This document shows, piece after piece, positions 47,860 through 57,867 of a stretch of 64,000 nt of DNA. Origin of the DNA: Planctomycetota bacterium (GTDB taxonomy: Bacteria; Planctomycetota; UBA8108; SXIK01); NCBI GenBank assembly GCA_965223845.1, contig CBDCXR010000004.1, positions 7,072,001 through 7,136,000 on the forward strand. Direction: 5' to 3'. Below the pieces are notes generated by a model that saw only the letters and a program-made list of their open reading frames with translations, was not told the DNA's origin and ran no database searches. A program made the translations under genes and the position numbers. Each line of letters begins with the position of its first letter. Within the stretch, counting starts at the first letter, position 1.

Positions 47860-47866
47860 CGGTCGT

Positions 47867-49189
47867 CTACCGCGTCGGGCTCTCGTGCATCGCGGCGTCG
47901 AGCTCGCGTGCGATCGCATCGAAGACCCACTCCACTTCGTCGTCCGTGATCACGTACGGCGGAACGAAGTAAAGGACGTTCCCGAGCGGCCGGAGAAAGA
48001 TCCCCGCGTCGAGCAGGCGCCGCGTGATCCGCGGGCCGCGGTCGTCGAGGTAGCCGCCGCGAGTTTCCGGCTTCAGCTCGAGCGCGGCGACGCCGCCGAT
48101 GCCGCGAGTCTCGGAGACGAGCGGATGATCGTCGAGGTGATCGAGTCGAGCGCGAAAGCGCGATTCGAGCTCGCCGACCCGGCCGAGGCGATCCGTTTCG
48201 TCGAAGATCGCGAGGCTTTCGAGCGCGACGGCGCAGCCGAGAGCGTTCCCGGTGTACGAGTGACCGTGAAAGAACGCGCGCGCGCGGTCGTCGCTGAGGA
48301 ACGCACCGAAGATTTCGTCCGACGCGAGCGTCGCCGCGAGGGGGAGATAGCCGCCGGTCAGCGCCTTCGAGACGCACAGGATGTCGGGTTCGATCGGGCC
48401 GTGCTCGCACGCGAAAACGCAACCCGTGCGGCCGAATCCGGTGAAGACTTCGTCGGCGATGAGCGGGATGCCGCGGTCGCGCGTCGCGCTCCGGATTTTC
48501 CGTAAGCGCTCGGCGTCCCAACAGATCATTCCGCCGGCCCCTTGAAGCATGGGCTCGATGATGACGGCCGCGACGCGATCTCCCTCTTCGGCGAGCAGGC
48601 GATCGAGAGGGTCGTCGCTCTCGAGCGACGGATCGAGTCGGGTGGGGATGCGACGGACGCGGAAGAACAGGTCGCTGAACTCTGCGTGGAACACCGAGAC
48701 GTCGCCGACGGCCATCGCACCGAAAGTGTCGCCGTGGTACGCGTTCTCGAGGGAGACGAAGGTGTCGCGTCGCTTGTCGCCGCGGTAGCGCCAGTATTGG
48801 TACGCCATCTTGAGCGCCGCTTCGACGGCAGTCGAACCGTCGTCCGAGTAGAAGACATGGGGCAGGTCGCCCGGTGCGCGTCGCGCGAGCTCGGCGGCGA
48901 GGCGCGCTGCCGGTTCATGGGTAAACCCCGCCGACATCACGTGGGCCATCTCGCCCGCCTGCTGCGCGAGCGCGGCGTTCAGTCGCGGGTGATTGTGGCC
49001 GTGGATGTTCACCCACCACGACGAGATCCCGTCGAGATAGCGCCGGCCGTCCGCCGCGAAAAAGTAGACGCCGTCGGCTCGCGCGATCGGAATCGGCGGC
49101 CGGGCGTTCTGCATTTGGGTGTACGGCTGCCAGATGTGGCGCCGCGCCGTGTGAACCCATTCCGGTGTGGGGGGAGAGGTCGTACTCAT
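47867..49189 (-). CDS. bioA: Adenosylmethionine-8-amino-7-oxononanoate aminotransferase
   Basis: IWQPYTQM, DGISSWW, DGSTAVEAALKMA, YHGDT, DEVFTGFGRTG, SKALTGGY, GHSYTGN. Confidence 0.96.
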   Translation of the reverse strand: MSTTSPPTPEWVHTARRHIWQPYTQMQNARPPIPIARADGVYFFAADGRRYLDGISSWWVNIHGHNHPRLNAALAQQAGEMAHVMSAGFTHEPAARLAAELARRAPGDLPHVFYSDDGSTAVEAALKMAYQYWRYRGDKRRDTFVSLENAYHGDTFGAMAVGDVSVFHAEFSDLFFRVRRIPTRLDPSLESDDPLDRLLAEEGDRVAAVIIEPMLQGAGGMICWDAERLRKIRSATRDRGIPLIADEVFTGFGRTGCVFACEHGPIEPDILCVSKALTGGYLPLAATLASDEIFGAFLSDDRARAFFHGHSYTGNALGCAVALESLAIFDETDRLGRVGELESRFRARLDHLDDHPLVSETRGIGGVAALELKPETRGGYLDDRGPRITRRLLDAGIFLRPLGNVLYFVPPYVITDDEVEWVFDAIARELDAAMHESPTR

Positions 49190-49333
49190 GCTCGCTACTT
49201 TGGTTGAAGGCGTCGCCAACAGGTCGCTCGATCCTAACCGAGATCGATCGCGAAGACTCTGGGTGGACACCAGCTTGCTCTCGCGGGTCGTTGGCGGTCG
49301 CGAGCACCGAGGCTTTCCGCCCAGGCCCGTCAC

Positions 49334-49999
49334 TCAATCGAAGAACCGCTTCAGCTTCCCCCGCCGATCAAACCCGCGCGCTGCCCGCTCCGCGCTCGCG
49401 CGCCCGAGCCGCCGAATCGGATCGACCTCGGCCAGCACGTCGACCTCGCCGAGCCGCGCGATCGTCCGGCGATTGTCTCGATGTCGCGGTCCATTCAGTA
49501 CGACGCCCGCGATCTCGACCTCGCGCCGCCGAAGTGCCTCCAGCGTGAGCAGCGTGTGGTTGATCGTTCCGAGACCACTCGCCGCGACGACGACGCACGG
49601 GAGGTGGAGGTCCCGGACGAAGTCGGCAACGGAGTAACCGTTCTCGGTAAGCGGTACGAGCGCGCCGCCGATGCCTTCGACGATCATCGCCCGGTCGCCG
49701 TCGCTCGTCGCGTGGGCAACGAGTTCCGCGAAGAGCCGCTCGGGATCGATCGACTTTCGCGCCCGTCGCGCCGCATCGTGAGGGGCGATCGGGGGACGAA
49801 AGCTGTAGACCTCCGGGAGAATCTCGACGCGATGCCCGACGAGCCGCCGCACCGCCTCGCTGTCGCTCCCCTCGTCGGCTCCAGTCGCGATCGGCTTCCA
49901 GTACGCGAGCGGGCCGCGGTTCGCGTAGCGAAGCGCGATGAGAGCCGAGGTGACCGTCTTTCCGACCTCCGTTCCGGTCGCGGTGACGAAGAGGCTCAT
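49334..49999 (-). CDS. bioD: Dethiobiotin synthetase
   Basis: FVTATGTEVGKT, WKPIATG, VEGIGG, LGTINHTLLT. Confidence 0.96.
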   Translation of the reverse strand: MSLFVTATGTEVGKTVTSALIALRYANRGPLAYWKPIATGADEGSDSEAVRRLVGHRVEILPEVYSFRPPIAPHDAARRARKSIDPERLFAELVAHATSDGDRAMIVEGIGGALVPLTENGYSVADFVRDLHLPCVVVAASGLGTINHTLLTLEALRRREVEIAGVVLNGPRHRDNRRTIARLGEVDVLAEVDPIRRLGRASAERAARGFDRRGKLKRFFD

Positions 50000-51171
50000 C
50001 GCTCGTGGGCAGGTTCGCCGCGCGTGCACTCCGCGGCGAGAGCGCTCGCGATGGCGTCCGCAAGGCCGTCGATCATCTCGGGCGAATGATCCGCGTGTAC
50101 GGAGACGCGGAGGCGAGCCGTCCCCGGAGCCACCGTCGGCGGCCGGACCGCTCGGACGTCGAATCCCGACTCGCGGACGCGCGCCGCCAGTCGCGTTGCC
50201 GCGTCGTTCTCTCCCGCGATCACCGGGACGATGGGCCCCGCGCTCTGGAGGCAATCGGCTCCGCGGGAGCGGAGGGCCGCGCGCAAACGATCGGCGCGCG
50301 CGAGCACCCGCACGCGACGTTCGGAAGCGGACGCCGCGAGATCGAGCGCGGCTTCGACAGCGCACAAGAAGATCGGCGATGGTGCCGTCGTGAAGATGAA
50401 GGAACGCGCGCAGTTGATCAGCGTGTCGATGACGATCTCCGGTCCGCCGACGAACGCTCCCGAGAGTCCGAGCGCCTTCCCGAGCGTTGAGATGCACGCG
50501 GCGCAGCGCTTTTCGACCCCGAAGTGCTCGACGAGACCGGAGCCCCGCGCGGACCCGTAGACACCCGTCGCGTGAGCGTCGTCGACGATGAGCGAAGCGC
50601 CGGCGCTTTCGACGATCTCCGCGTAGAGGTCGAGCGGAGCGATGTCGCCGTCCATGCTGAAGAGCGATTCGGTGACGAGAAACGTCCGGCCGCCGGCGTG
50701 CGGTTCTTCGAGTGCGCGTACGATGGCGTCGACATCGAGATGAGGCACGATTGTCTTTGTCGCACGCGACAGGCGAATCGCATCGATGAGGCTCGCGTGG
50801 TTTTGCGCGTCGGACACCACGCGATCGTCGGGCGTCACGATCGTCGTCAGTACCGCGAGATTCGCGAGGTAGCCGCTCGTGAAGAGGAGCGCTCCCTCGG
50901 TTCCCTTGTACTCCGCCAGCCGTCGCTCGATCTCGAGATGCTGCGCCGTCGTCCCGCGAAGGAGTCGCGACGCCGGCGCACCGAGGGGCTCGCCGCGGTC
51001 GCTCGCGAGCCGGTCGCTCACGGCTTCGCGGAGCGCCGGATCGTTCGCGATCGCGAGGTAGTCGTTCGAGGTGAAGTCGATCCCCTGGGGGAGCTCGAGA
51101 CGGCGCCGGAGTCCGGCGTGGTCGATGGCTTCGAGCCGCGCCTTCAGCTCCTCGCCGAGCGGATCGGTCAT
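49996..51171 (-). CDS. bioF: 8-amino-7-oxononanoate synthase
   Basis: [45 protein letters not shown]. Confidence 0.95.
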   Translation of the reverse strand: MTDPLGEELKARLEAIDHAGLRRRLELPQGIDFTSNDYLAIANDPALREAVSDRLASDRGEPLGAPASRLLRGTTAQHLEIERRLAEYKGTEGALLFTSGYLANLAVLTTIVTPDDRVVSDAQNHASLIDAIRLSRATKTIVPHLDVDAIVRALEEPHAGGRTFLVTESLFSMDGDIAPLDLYAEIVESAGASLIVDDAHATGVYGSARGSGLVEHFGVEKRCAACISTLGKALGLSGAFVGGPEIVIDTLINCARSFIFTTAPSPIFLCAVEAALDLAASASERRVRVLARADRLRAALRSRGADCLQSAGPIVPVIAGENDAATRLAARVRESGFDVRAVRPPTVAPGTARLRVSVHADHSPEMIDGLADAIASALAAECTRGEPAHER

Positions 51172-52190
51172 CCCGTCGCGCCCGGCGAGTCCGAGTCGTC
51201 GAGCGGCGTCATGCCGAGCTTTGCGAGGAGCGCCGTGTCGCGAGTTTCGCTGGGGTTCGGCGTCGTGAGGAGGCGGTCGCCCGCGAAGATCGAGTTCGCG
51301 CCGGCGAGGAAGCACAGCGCCTGAGATTCGTCGCTCATGTCGGCGCGACCGGCGCTCAGACGAATACGGCTTCTCGGCATAGCGATCCGCGCGGTCGCGA
51401 TCATGCGGACCATCTCGAAGGTGTCCGCCGGACGCTGTCGCTCGAGGGGCGTCCCCGCGACCGCGGCGAGCGCGTTGATCGGCACACTCTCCGGCGGCGG
51501 ATCGAGGCGCGAGAGCACACCGAGCATCGCGATCCGATCCTCGAGGCGCTCGCCCATGCCGATGATCCCGCCCGAACAAACGTGGACGCCCGCCGCGCGG
51601 ACATTCGCGATCGTCTCGAGGCGATCGCCGTAGCTGCGCGTACTGATGATTCGGTCGTAGAACTCAGGGCCGGTGTCGAGGTTGTGGTTGTACGCCGTGA
51701 GACCCGCTTCCGCGAGCCGCTCGGCCTGATCCTTCGTCATCATGCCGAGAGTGCAGCAGGCCTCCATGCCGAGCTCACGGACGTGCCGGACCATCTCGAT
51801 GACGCGGTCGAACTCCTCGCCGTCGCGCACTTCGCGCCACGCGGCACCCATGCAGAAGCGCGTCGAGCCGGACGCTTTCGCTTCGTTGGCGGCCGCCTTG
51901 ACGGTTTCGAGGTCGAGGAGGTCCTCGCGCTCGACTTCCGCTTCGTGGTGCGCGCTCTGGGGGCAGTAGGCGCAGTCCTCGGGACAGCCGCCCGTCTTGA
52001 TGCTGAGCAGCGTGCAGAGCTGGACTTTCGTCGGGTCGTTGTACTCCCGGTGCACCGTCTGAGCGCGGAAGAGGAGCTCTGGGATCGGCAGCGAGTAGAT
52101 TTCGCGGAGCTCGGCGTCCGTCGGGCCGGCCGGCGCGCTCTCGGCGTCGCGGGCGGTGGCGGTGCTCCCGGGCGAGGCGGTATCCGTCAT
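51168..52190 (-). CDS. bioB: Biotin synthase
   Basis: Radical [47 protein letters not shown]. Confidence 0.98.
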   Translation of the reverse strand: MTDTASPGSTATARDAESAPAGPTDAELREIYSLPIPELLFRAQTVHREYNDPTKVQLCTLLSIKTGGCPEDCAYCPQSAHHEAEVEREDLLDLETVKAAANEAKASGSTRFCMGAAWREVRDGEEFDRVIEMVRHVRELGMEACCTLGMMTKDQAERLAEAGLTAYNHNLDTGPEFYDRIISTRSYGDRLETIANVRAAGVHVCSGGIIGMGERLEDRIAMLGVLSRLDPPPESVPINALAAVAGTPLERQRPADTFEMVRMIATARIAMPRSRIRLSAGRADMSDESQALCFLAGANSIFAGDRLLTTPNPSETRDTALLAKLGMTPLDDSDSPGATG

Positions 52191-52302
52191 GGGTTCCTGG
52201 TTCGAGGTTGGTCGAAGGGGCAGAATCGGCCCACAGTATCGCGGACCGCATCGGGTGCGACAAGTTTTCCGCTGGCGCGGAGTTCCGGCGCGTCACGAGT
52301 TG

Positions 52303-52360
52303 TGTTAGTGTAGCCAAACTTTGATTTGTCGACGGCGTCAAAAGTTGTCCATGCCAAACT
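52303..52360. promoter_or_regulatory. Two imperfect 18-bp palindromes, candidate metal-repressor operators between bioB and feoA
   Basis: TGTTAGTGTAGCCAAACT (52303-20) and AGTTGTCCATGCCAAACT (52343-60), exactly 40 nt apart in an AT-rich patch. Confidence 0.55.
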
Positions 52361-52394
52361 CTTTCCGGTGCACCGCGCGCCGCGGGGGATTCCG

Positions 52395-52622
52395 ATGACC
52401 ACGCTCCACGATTTCAGACCGGGAGACCGAGGACGGGTCGTCGGGCTGCGGGCGGGCGGTGCGCTCGGTCAGCGTTTGCTCGAGCTCGGCTTCGTCCCGG
52501 GAGCTCCTGTTCGCTTGGTGCGCGTGGCTCCCTTCGGTGATCCTCTCGAGGTCGAGGTTCACCGCTGTCACTTCGCTCTTCGCCGAGCTGACGCCGCGAG
52601 AGTCGAGGTCGAGCGCCGGTGA
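52395..52622 (+). CDS. feoA: Ferrous iron transport protein A
   Basis: RLLELGFVPG..V...APFGDPL...FALRR..A. Confidence 0.93.
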   Translation: MTTLHDFRPGDRGRVVGLRAGGALGQRLLELGFVPGAPVRLVRVAPFGDPLEVEVHRCHFALRRADAARVEVERR

Positions 52623-54886
52623 GTTCGCCAGCGACCGACACGGCGGGAAGCGAAACGTCGAGCTCCGCCTCAAAGGCGACGGGTGCGCCGACCGTCGCCG
52701 TGCTCGGGAACCCGAACGCCGGGAAGAGCTCGATCTTCAATCGCCTCACCGGACTGTCGCAGAAGGTCGGAAACTACCCCGGGGTCACGGTCGAGAAGAA
52801 GGAAGGATGGCTCCACGTCGGCGAGCGCCGGATTCTCGTCGTCGATCTTCCCGGCACGTATAGTCTCGCCGCGCGTTCGCCCGACGAGCTCGTTGCGGTC
52901 GACGTCCTCCTCGGCAACCAGCCGGGCGAAACTCGCCCCGACCTCGTGCTCCACGTCGCCGACGCGAGCAACCTCGAGCGGAACCTCTACCTCTTTACGC
53001 AGCTTCGCGAGCTCGGGGTTCCCGTCGTTCTCGTCCTCAATATGATCGACGTCGCGCGACGGCGAGGACTCGAGATCGACCCCGCCGAGCTCTCCGAGCG
53101 GCTCGGAGTTCCCGTCGTGTCGACGCAGGGGCAGAAGGGGATCGGAATCGCCGAGCTCACCGCCGCCATCGTCAGCGCACTCGATGGGGCAGAGGAAAAC
53201 GTCGCCACGGGCGCGGAGCTCATTTCGCCGGAGCTCGCCAGCGGGGTCGATCGCCTCCGCCGCGAATGGAGCGAGGGAGGCGAGGCGTTCGGCGAGCGGC
53301 TCCACGACTTCGAGATCCTTCGCGCGCTCGTCGATCGTGGCGGCGCGGCCGAACGGCGCGTCGCCGAAGCGGGCGGCTCGGCGAACCTCGAGCGACTCGA
53401 GGCCGCGCGCGCCGCGCTCGAGGGCGAGCGTTCGCTCGCGCTCGTCGAGTCGACGGCGCGCTACGCTTGGATCGAGCGTCAGCTCGATGGCTGCGTTCGC
53501 TCCGAGAAGCGGACCCGCCCCGGACTTTCCGAGCGGATCGATCGTTGGCTCACCCACCGCGTGTTCGGACTCGCGATCTTCGCGGCGATCATGATCGTTC
53601 TCTTCCAGTCGATCTTCACGTGGGCGTCGCCCGCGATGGACGCGGTCGAGACCGCTTTCGGCTGGCTCGGCGCCCACGTGAGTGCTTGGCTTCCCGAGGG
53701 AGCCTTCCGCAGTCTGGTCGTCGACGGCTGCATCGCCGGCGTCGGCGGAGTCGTCGTGTTCCTCCCGCAGATCCTCATCCTCTTTCTCTTTGTCGGGATC
53801 CTCGAAGACTGCGGCTACATGGCGCGCGCGGCCTTTGTGATGGATCGCGTGATGGCGAAGTGCGGACTCTCGGGGAAATCGTTCATTCCGATGTTGAGCG
53901 GTTTCGCCTGCGCGATCCCCGGGATCATGGCGACGCGGGTCATCGAGGATCGACGCGATCGTCTCGCCACGATCCTCGTGACGCCGCTCATGACGTGCTC
54001 CGCTCGGCTGCCCGTCTACGCGATTCTCATCGGCACCTTTGTGCCCGACACGCCGCTCCTCGGTGGCGTTCTCGGCCTCCAGGCATTCACGCTCTTCGCG
54101 CTCTACGTCCTCGGGATCATCGCGGCGATCATCGTCGCGTGGCTCTTCAAGGCGACCTTTCTTCGCGGCGAGCGTTCGACGTTCCTCCTCGAGCTCCCGT
54201 CGTACAAGCTGCCGTCGCCGCGGTTCGTCGCCTTTCGGCTCTACGACCGCGCTCGCGCATTCCTCGTACGCGCGGGGACGATCATCCTTGCGATGACGAT
54301 CGTCGTCTGGGCGCTCTCCTACTTTCCGCGATCGAGCGAAGTCGTCGCGTCGTTCGGGGATCAGCGCACCGCGCTCGAAGCGCGCGCGGAAGCTGCTCCG
54401 GATGCCGCGACCCGCGCTGCGGTCGACGAAGACCTCGCCGCTCTCGACCGCGAGGAAGCGGGCGATCTCCTCCGCAAGAGCGCGCTCGGTACGCTCGGTC
54501 GCGCGGTCGAGCCCGTTTTCGCACCCCTCGGCTGGGACTGGCGCATCTCGATGGCGGCGCTCGCATCGTTCCCGGCGCGCGAGGTCGTCGTCGCGACTCT
54601 CGGGACGATCTACAACCTCGGCGCCGAGGAAGACGAGACGTCCGAGGGCCTGCGCGCGCGTCTCCGCGCGGCGCGCCACGACGATACGGGAGAGAAGGTC
54701 TACACGCTGCCCGTCGCATTCTCGATCATGGTTTTTTTCGCGCTCTGCTGTCAGTGTGGCGCGACGATCGCGACGATCAAACGCGAGACGAACTCGTGGC
54801 GGTGGGCATGGTTCACCTTCGCCTATATGACGGCGCTCGCGTACGTCGCGGCGCTCGCCGTATTCCAAATCGGGAGCGCATGGTGA
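52619..54886 (+). CDS. feoB: Ferrous iron transport protein B
   Basis: GNPNAGKS, VGNYPGVTVE, DLPGTYSL, LNMID, CSARLPVY, multiple TM segments. Confidence 0.97.
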   Translation: MSSPATDTAGSETSSSASKATGAPTVAVLGNPNAGKSSIFNRLTGLSQKVGNYPGVTVEKKEGWLHVGERRILVVDLPGTYSLAARSPDELVAVDVLLGNQPGETRPDLVLHVADASNLERNLYLFTQLRELGVPVVLVLNMIDVARRRGLEIDPAELSERLGVPVVSTQGQKGIGIAELTAAIVSALDGAEENVATGAELISPELASGVDRLRREWSEGGEAFGERLHDFEILRALVDRGGAAERRVAEAGGSANLERLEAARAALEGERSLALVESTARYAWIERQLDGCVRSEKRTRPGLSERIDRWLTHRVFGLAIFAAIMIVLFQSIFTWASPAMDAVETAFGWLGAHVSAWLPEGAFRSLVVDGCIAGVGGVVVFLPQILILFLFVGILEDCGYMARAAFVMDRVMAKCGLSGKSFIPMLSGFACAIPGIMATRVIEDRRDRLATILVTPLMTCSARLPVYAILIGTFVPDTPLLGGVLGLQAFTLFALYVLGIIAAIIVAWLFKATFLRGERSTFLLELPSYKLPSPRFVAFRLYDRARAFLVRAGTIILAMTIVVWALSYFPRSSEVVASFGDQRTALEARAEAAPDAATRAAVDEDLAALDREEAGDLLRKSALGTLGRAVEPVFAPLGWDWRISMAALASFPAREVVVATLGTIYNLGAEEDETSEGLRARLRAARHDDTGEKVYTLPVAFSIMVFFALCCQCGATIATIKRETNSWRWAWFTFAYMTALAYVAALAVFQIGSAW

Positions 54887-54887
54887 G

Positions 54888-55097
54888 ATGTCGAGCGCTG
54901 CACTAGAGCTGGTCTTCGTAGCGGGAATCGTCGCGCTCGCCGCGGTCTACGTCGGCCGGCGCATCTACGCGTTCGTCGAGGCGATGGCGCGCGGCGGCTG
55001 CGGCGGTCATTGCGGCTGCGGACGCGCCGGACGCAACGTCGAGCGGAACCCCGCGCTCGTTCTCTTAGACTCACCTCGCCGAAAGGAGTCCGACTGA
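54888..55097 (+). CDS. FeoB-associated Cys-rich membrane protein
   Basis: N-terminal TM then GGCGGHCGCG; 1 nt after the feoB stop. Confidence 0.8.
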   Translation: MSSAALELVFVAGIVALAAVYVGRRIYAFVEAMARGGCGGHCGCGRAGRNVERNPALVLLDSPRRKESD

Positions 55098-55990
55098 TGG
55101 CGAACCGGAGATCTCTCGCGTCCCTCTCGAGAACTGCGTTCTTCGCTCTCGGCTGGTTCGCCTCGTCAGCCGTTGCCGACGAGCGACTCGAGGGCATCGC
55201 GTGCCGCTCGGTTCACCTCCAGTACTCCGCGCCGGATGCCGTCGCGTTTTACAACGAGGTCGTCGTCGACACCTCCGCGAAGGGGACGTACTTCTGCGTG
55301 TGCGGGTTCAGCCGAGGCTACTACGGGATTCAGGAGCTCGGAAACGGCAAGAAGCTCCTCATCTTTTCCGTGTGGGACCCCGGAAAGCAGAACGACCCGA
55401 ACGTCGTTCCGGACGAGCAGCGGGTAAAACTCCTCTACAAGGACGATGCTGTACGCGTCGGACGGTTCGGCAACGAGGGGACGGGTGGGCAGTCGTTCTT
55501 CGACTACGACTGGAAGAACGGAGTCGCCTACCAGTTTCTCGTGACCGCGACGCCGGATGGCCATCGGACGGCCTATACCGCCTACTTCTTCGTCCCCGAA
55601 GACAAGGCGTGGAAGCGACTCGTCACCTTCTCGACGATCGCGAAGGAGAAGGAGCTGCGCGGCTACTACTCGTTCGTCGAGGATTTTCGGCGCAATCGCG
55701 TGTCGGCGACGAAAGTGCGGCGGGCGCGCTTCGGGGGTGGATGGGTCCAGCTCGCGAGTGGCGAGTGGCGGGCACTCTCTCGCGCGCGATTCACGGCGGA
55801 TTCGAATCCCGTGCTCAACATCGACGCCGGCATCGATCGCGGCCGCTTCTTCCTCGCGACCGGAGGTGAGACGAAGAACGTCGGTACCCCTCTTCGCGCC
55901 CGATTGGATCTGCCTCCCGTCGATCTTCCCGAGGGTTTCGGGAAAGCGCCGGAGAGTTCCCGCGCCCCCGCGGCCGCCAAGAAGAACTGA
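55097..55990 (+). CDS. Secreted DUF3472-like protein
   Basis: Signal peptide; CRSVHL, FYNEV, YFCVCGFSRGYYGIQE, IFSVWD, FGNEGTGGQS, SFVEDF; ATG overlaps the upstream TGA. Confidence 0.8.
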   Translation: MANRRSLASLSRTAFFALGWFASSAVADERLEGIACRSVHLQYSAPDAVAFYNEVVVDTSAKGTYFCVCGFSRGYYGIQELGNGKKLLIFSVWDPGKQNDPNVVPDEQRVKLLYKDDAVRVGRFGNEGTGGQSFFDYDWKNGVAYQFLVTATPDGHRTAYTAYFFVPEDKAWKRLVTFSTIAKEKELRGYYSFVEDFRRNRVSATKVRRARFGGGWVQLASGEWRALSRARFTADSNPVLNIDAGIDRGRFFLATGGETKNVGTPLRARLDLPPVDLPEGFGKAPESSRAPAAAKKN

Positions 55991-56028
55991 TTCGCCGGCG
56001 GCGCGCTCCCCCCGGGCTTTCGTCTCCG

Positions 56029-56057
56029 TTGCCACGCGCGAGCGAACTTGCTACTCT
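56029..56057 (+). promoter_or_regulatory. Near-consensus sigma70 promoter with extended -10
   Basis: TTGCCA-N17-TACTCT with TG one base upstream of the -10. Confidence 0.65.
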
Positions 56058-56063
56058 GTGCGC

Positions 56064-56263
56064 GAAGTGAAGAGTGTCTCTGCGGTGTTCCGTGCGGAGG
56101 GGATGTTTCCCTCGGAGCAGCCTGCGGGCACGTCTCGGTCGGTCTCATCGCAGACCGTTCTCGCCGATCGCCGTCGACGGGTGGAAGAGAACCGTCGACG
56201 AATCTTTGGATCGGAGCGGACGGAGGTGAGGCCTCAGATTGAAGAGCACCGCAGATTCTGCGG
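56064..56263 (+). ncRNA. Candidate structured RNA, possibly 6S RNA
   Basis: 12-bp closing stem 56079-90/56244-55 spanning 177 nt, several internal hairpins, immediately after a promoter. Confidence 0.45.
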
Positions 56264-56413
56264 CCCGCGAGCGTCGTCGCGTTAGCGACCGGGCGCGGGG
56301 AAGAGGAGCAGCGGCGCGCCGTGCTCGCCGCGGGAGGCGTCACCCGTTTCGGCTCGACCGAACGCGGGGCCGCGTCGTCCCTGCGGCGGCGGTGTCGCCG
56401 TCCAGCGCGCGCG

Positions 56414-57826
56414 ATGAGCACGTCCACCGTACGGGCGGACCGACCGCCCAGGACCGATCCGCGATCCGGGGGTCGCCGCCGAGGGGGGGCGGCGTCGGCG
56501 CGCCTCCACCGCACGATCTGGTACATGGGCGCCAAAGGGCGGGTCATCCCCGACTTCCTCGATCGCGTGATCGAGCGCGAGGTACCATCGGGCGGTACGG
56601 TCGTCGATCTCATGAGCGGGACGGCGGTTGTCGCCGCGCACTGCGCCGATCGCTACCGCGTGATCGCGAACGACGTCCAGGAGTACTCGCGCGTGATCGC
56701 GGCGAGCCTCATCGAGCACGATCCCGCCACGAAAACCTCGTTCGCCCGCTCGATCGCGCACTGTCCGGATCTCGGCGCGGCCTACGAACGAAACCTGCGC
56801 GGGCTGCGGCGGAGGTTCGCGCGCGCGCTCGAGCGCGAAGAGAGTCTGCTCGAGCGATACAACCACGAAGAAGGGAGCGGCCGGTGGTGCGACGACTACC
56901 GCCAGTTTCTCGAGGCGGCGCTCTCGGGGGCGTCCGATGGAGCCGGTGGCTCGTCGCGCCCGAACGCCGGTCAACCGGCGAGGCTCGTCACCTCCTACTA
57001 CGCGAACGTCTACTACGGAATCGCGCAGGCGATGGCGATCGACTCGCTGCGCGCAGCGATCGACGCTATCGATCCCGCTTCGCCGTTCGCCGAAACGAAG
57101 AAGGTGCACTATCTCTCTGCGCTCGTCCACGCGGCGTCCGTCGCGACGTCCGGGACTTCCCACTTCGCTCAGCCGCGTCATCTGCGAAAGGATTCGGAGC
57201 TCCGCGCGATGGCCGAACGGCGTCAGATCGACGTCTGGGATACCTTCGTCGAGTACTCCGGCGAGATCCTCGCGACGGTGCTCGCGACGAACCATCGGCG
57301 GGGGAATCGCGCGCTCGCAGGCTCCTACTCCGAGAGCGTGCGCAACGGGCGTTTCGAGTTCGGCGCGGAGCCTGATCTCATCTACCTCGATCCGCCGTAC
57401 ACCGCGGACAACTACTCCCGGTTCTACCATGTCCTCGAGGAGCTCGTCCGCTACGACTACCCTCCGCTCGCGCGCGACGCGAACGGCGCGGTGCTGCGCG
57501 GACGCTACCCGGAGCTCGGACGACGGTTTCAGTCCGGATTCTGCAGCGCAACGGAAGTCGAGTCGGAGTTTCGCCGCGTTCTCGAGGCTTCGGCGGCGGC
57601 GAGAGCAAAGCTCGTCATATCGTACGCCGCACCGACGGGTCTTCTCCTCAAGCGCTATCGCCGGGAGTCGCCGAGCGAAGATCCTGTCGCGCGCTTCGAA
57701 ACGCTCTGCCGCGAGTTCTACGCCGACGTCCACACCGAGCGTCGGCCGCTCACGCACTCGGGTCAGGGCGACGCCCATCTCGAGATCGACGAGCTTCTGG
57801 TCGTCTGCCGGCGGCCGCGTGGGTAG
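56414..57826 (+). CDS. Orphan DNA adenine methyltransferase (D12/Dam-like, alpha motif order)
   Basis: WYMGAK, VVDLMSGT (motif I), ANDVQEYS, DLIYLDPPY (motif IV), YSRFYHVLE, LVISY. Confidence 0.88.
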   Translation: MSTSTVRADRPPRTDPRSGGRRRGGAASARLHRTIWYMGAKGRVIPDFLDRVIEREVPSGGTVVDLMSGTAVVAAHCADRYRVIANDVQEYSRVIAASLIEHDPATKTSFARSIAHCPDLGAAYERNLRGLRRRFARALEREESLLERYNHEEGSGRWCDDYRQFLEAALSGASDGAGGSSRPNAGQPARLVTSYYANVYYGIAQAMAIDSLRAAIDAIDPASPFAETKKVHYLSALVHAASVATSGTSHFAQPRHLRKDSELRAMAERRQIDVWDTFVEYSGEILATVLATNHRRGNRALAGSYSESVRNGRFEFGAEPDLIYLDPPYTADNYSRFYHVLEELVRYDYPPLARDANGAVLRGRYPELGRRFQSGFCSATEVESEFRRVLEASAAARAKLVISYAAPTGLLLKRYRRESPSEDPVARFETLCREFYADVHTERRPLTHSGQGDAHLEIDELLVVCRRPRG

Positions 57827-57867
57827 GATGCTGAGCCTTCGCTGGCACTCTTCTCTCCGGGAACAAT

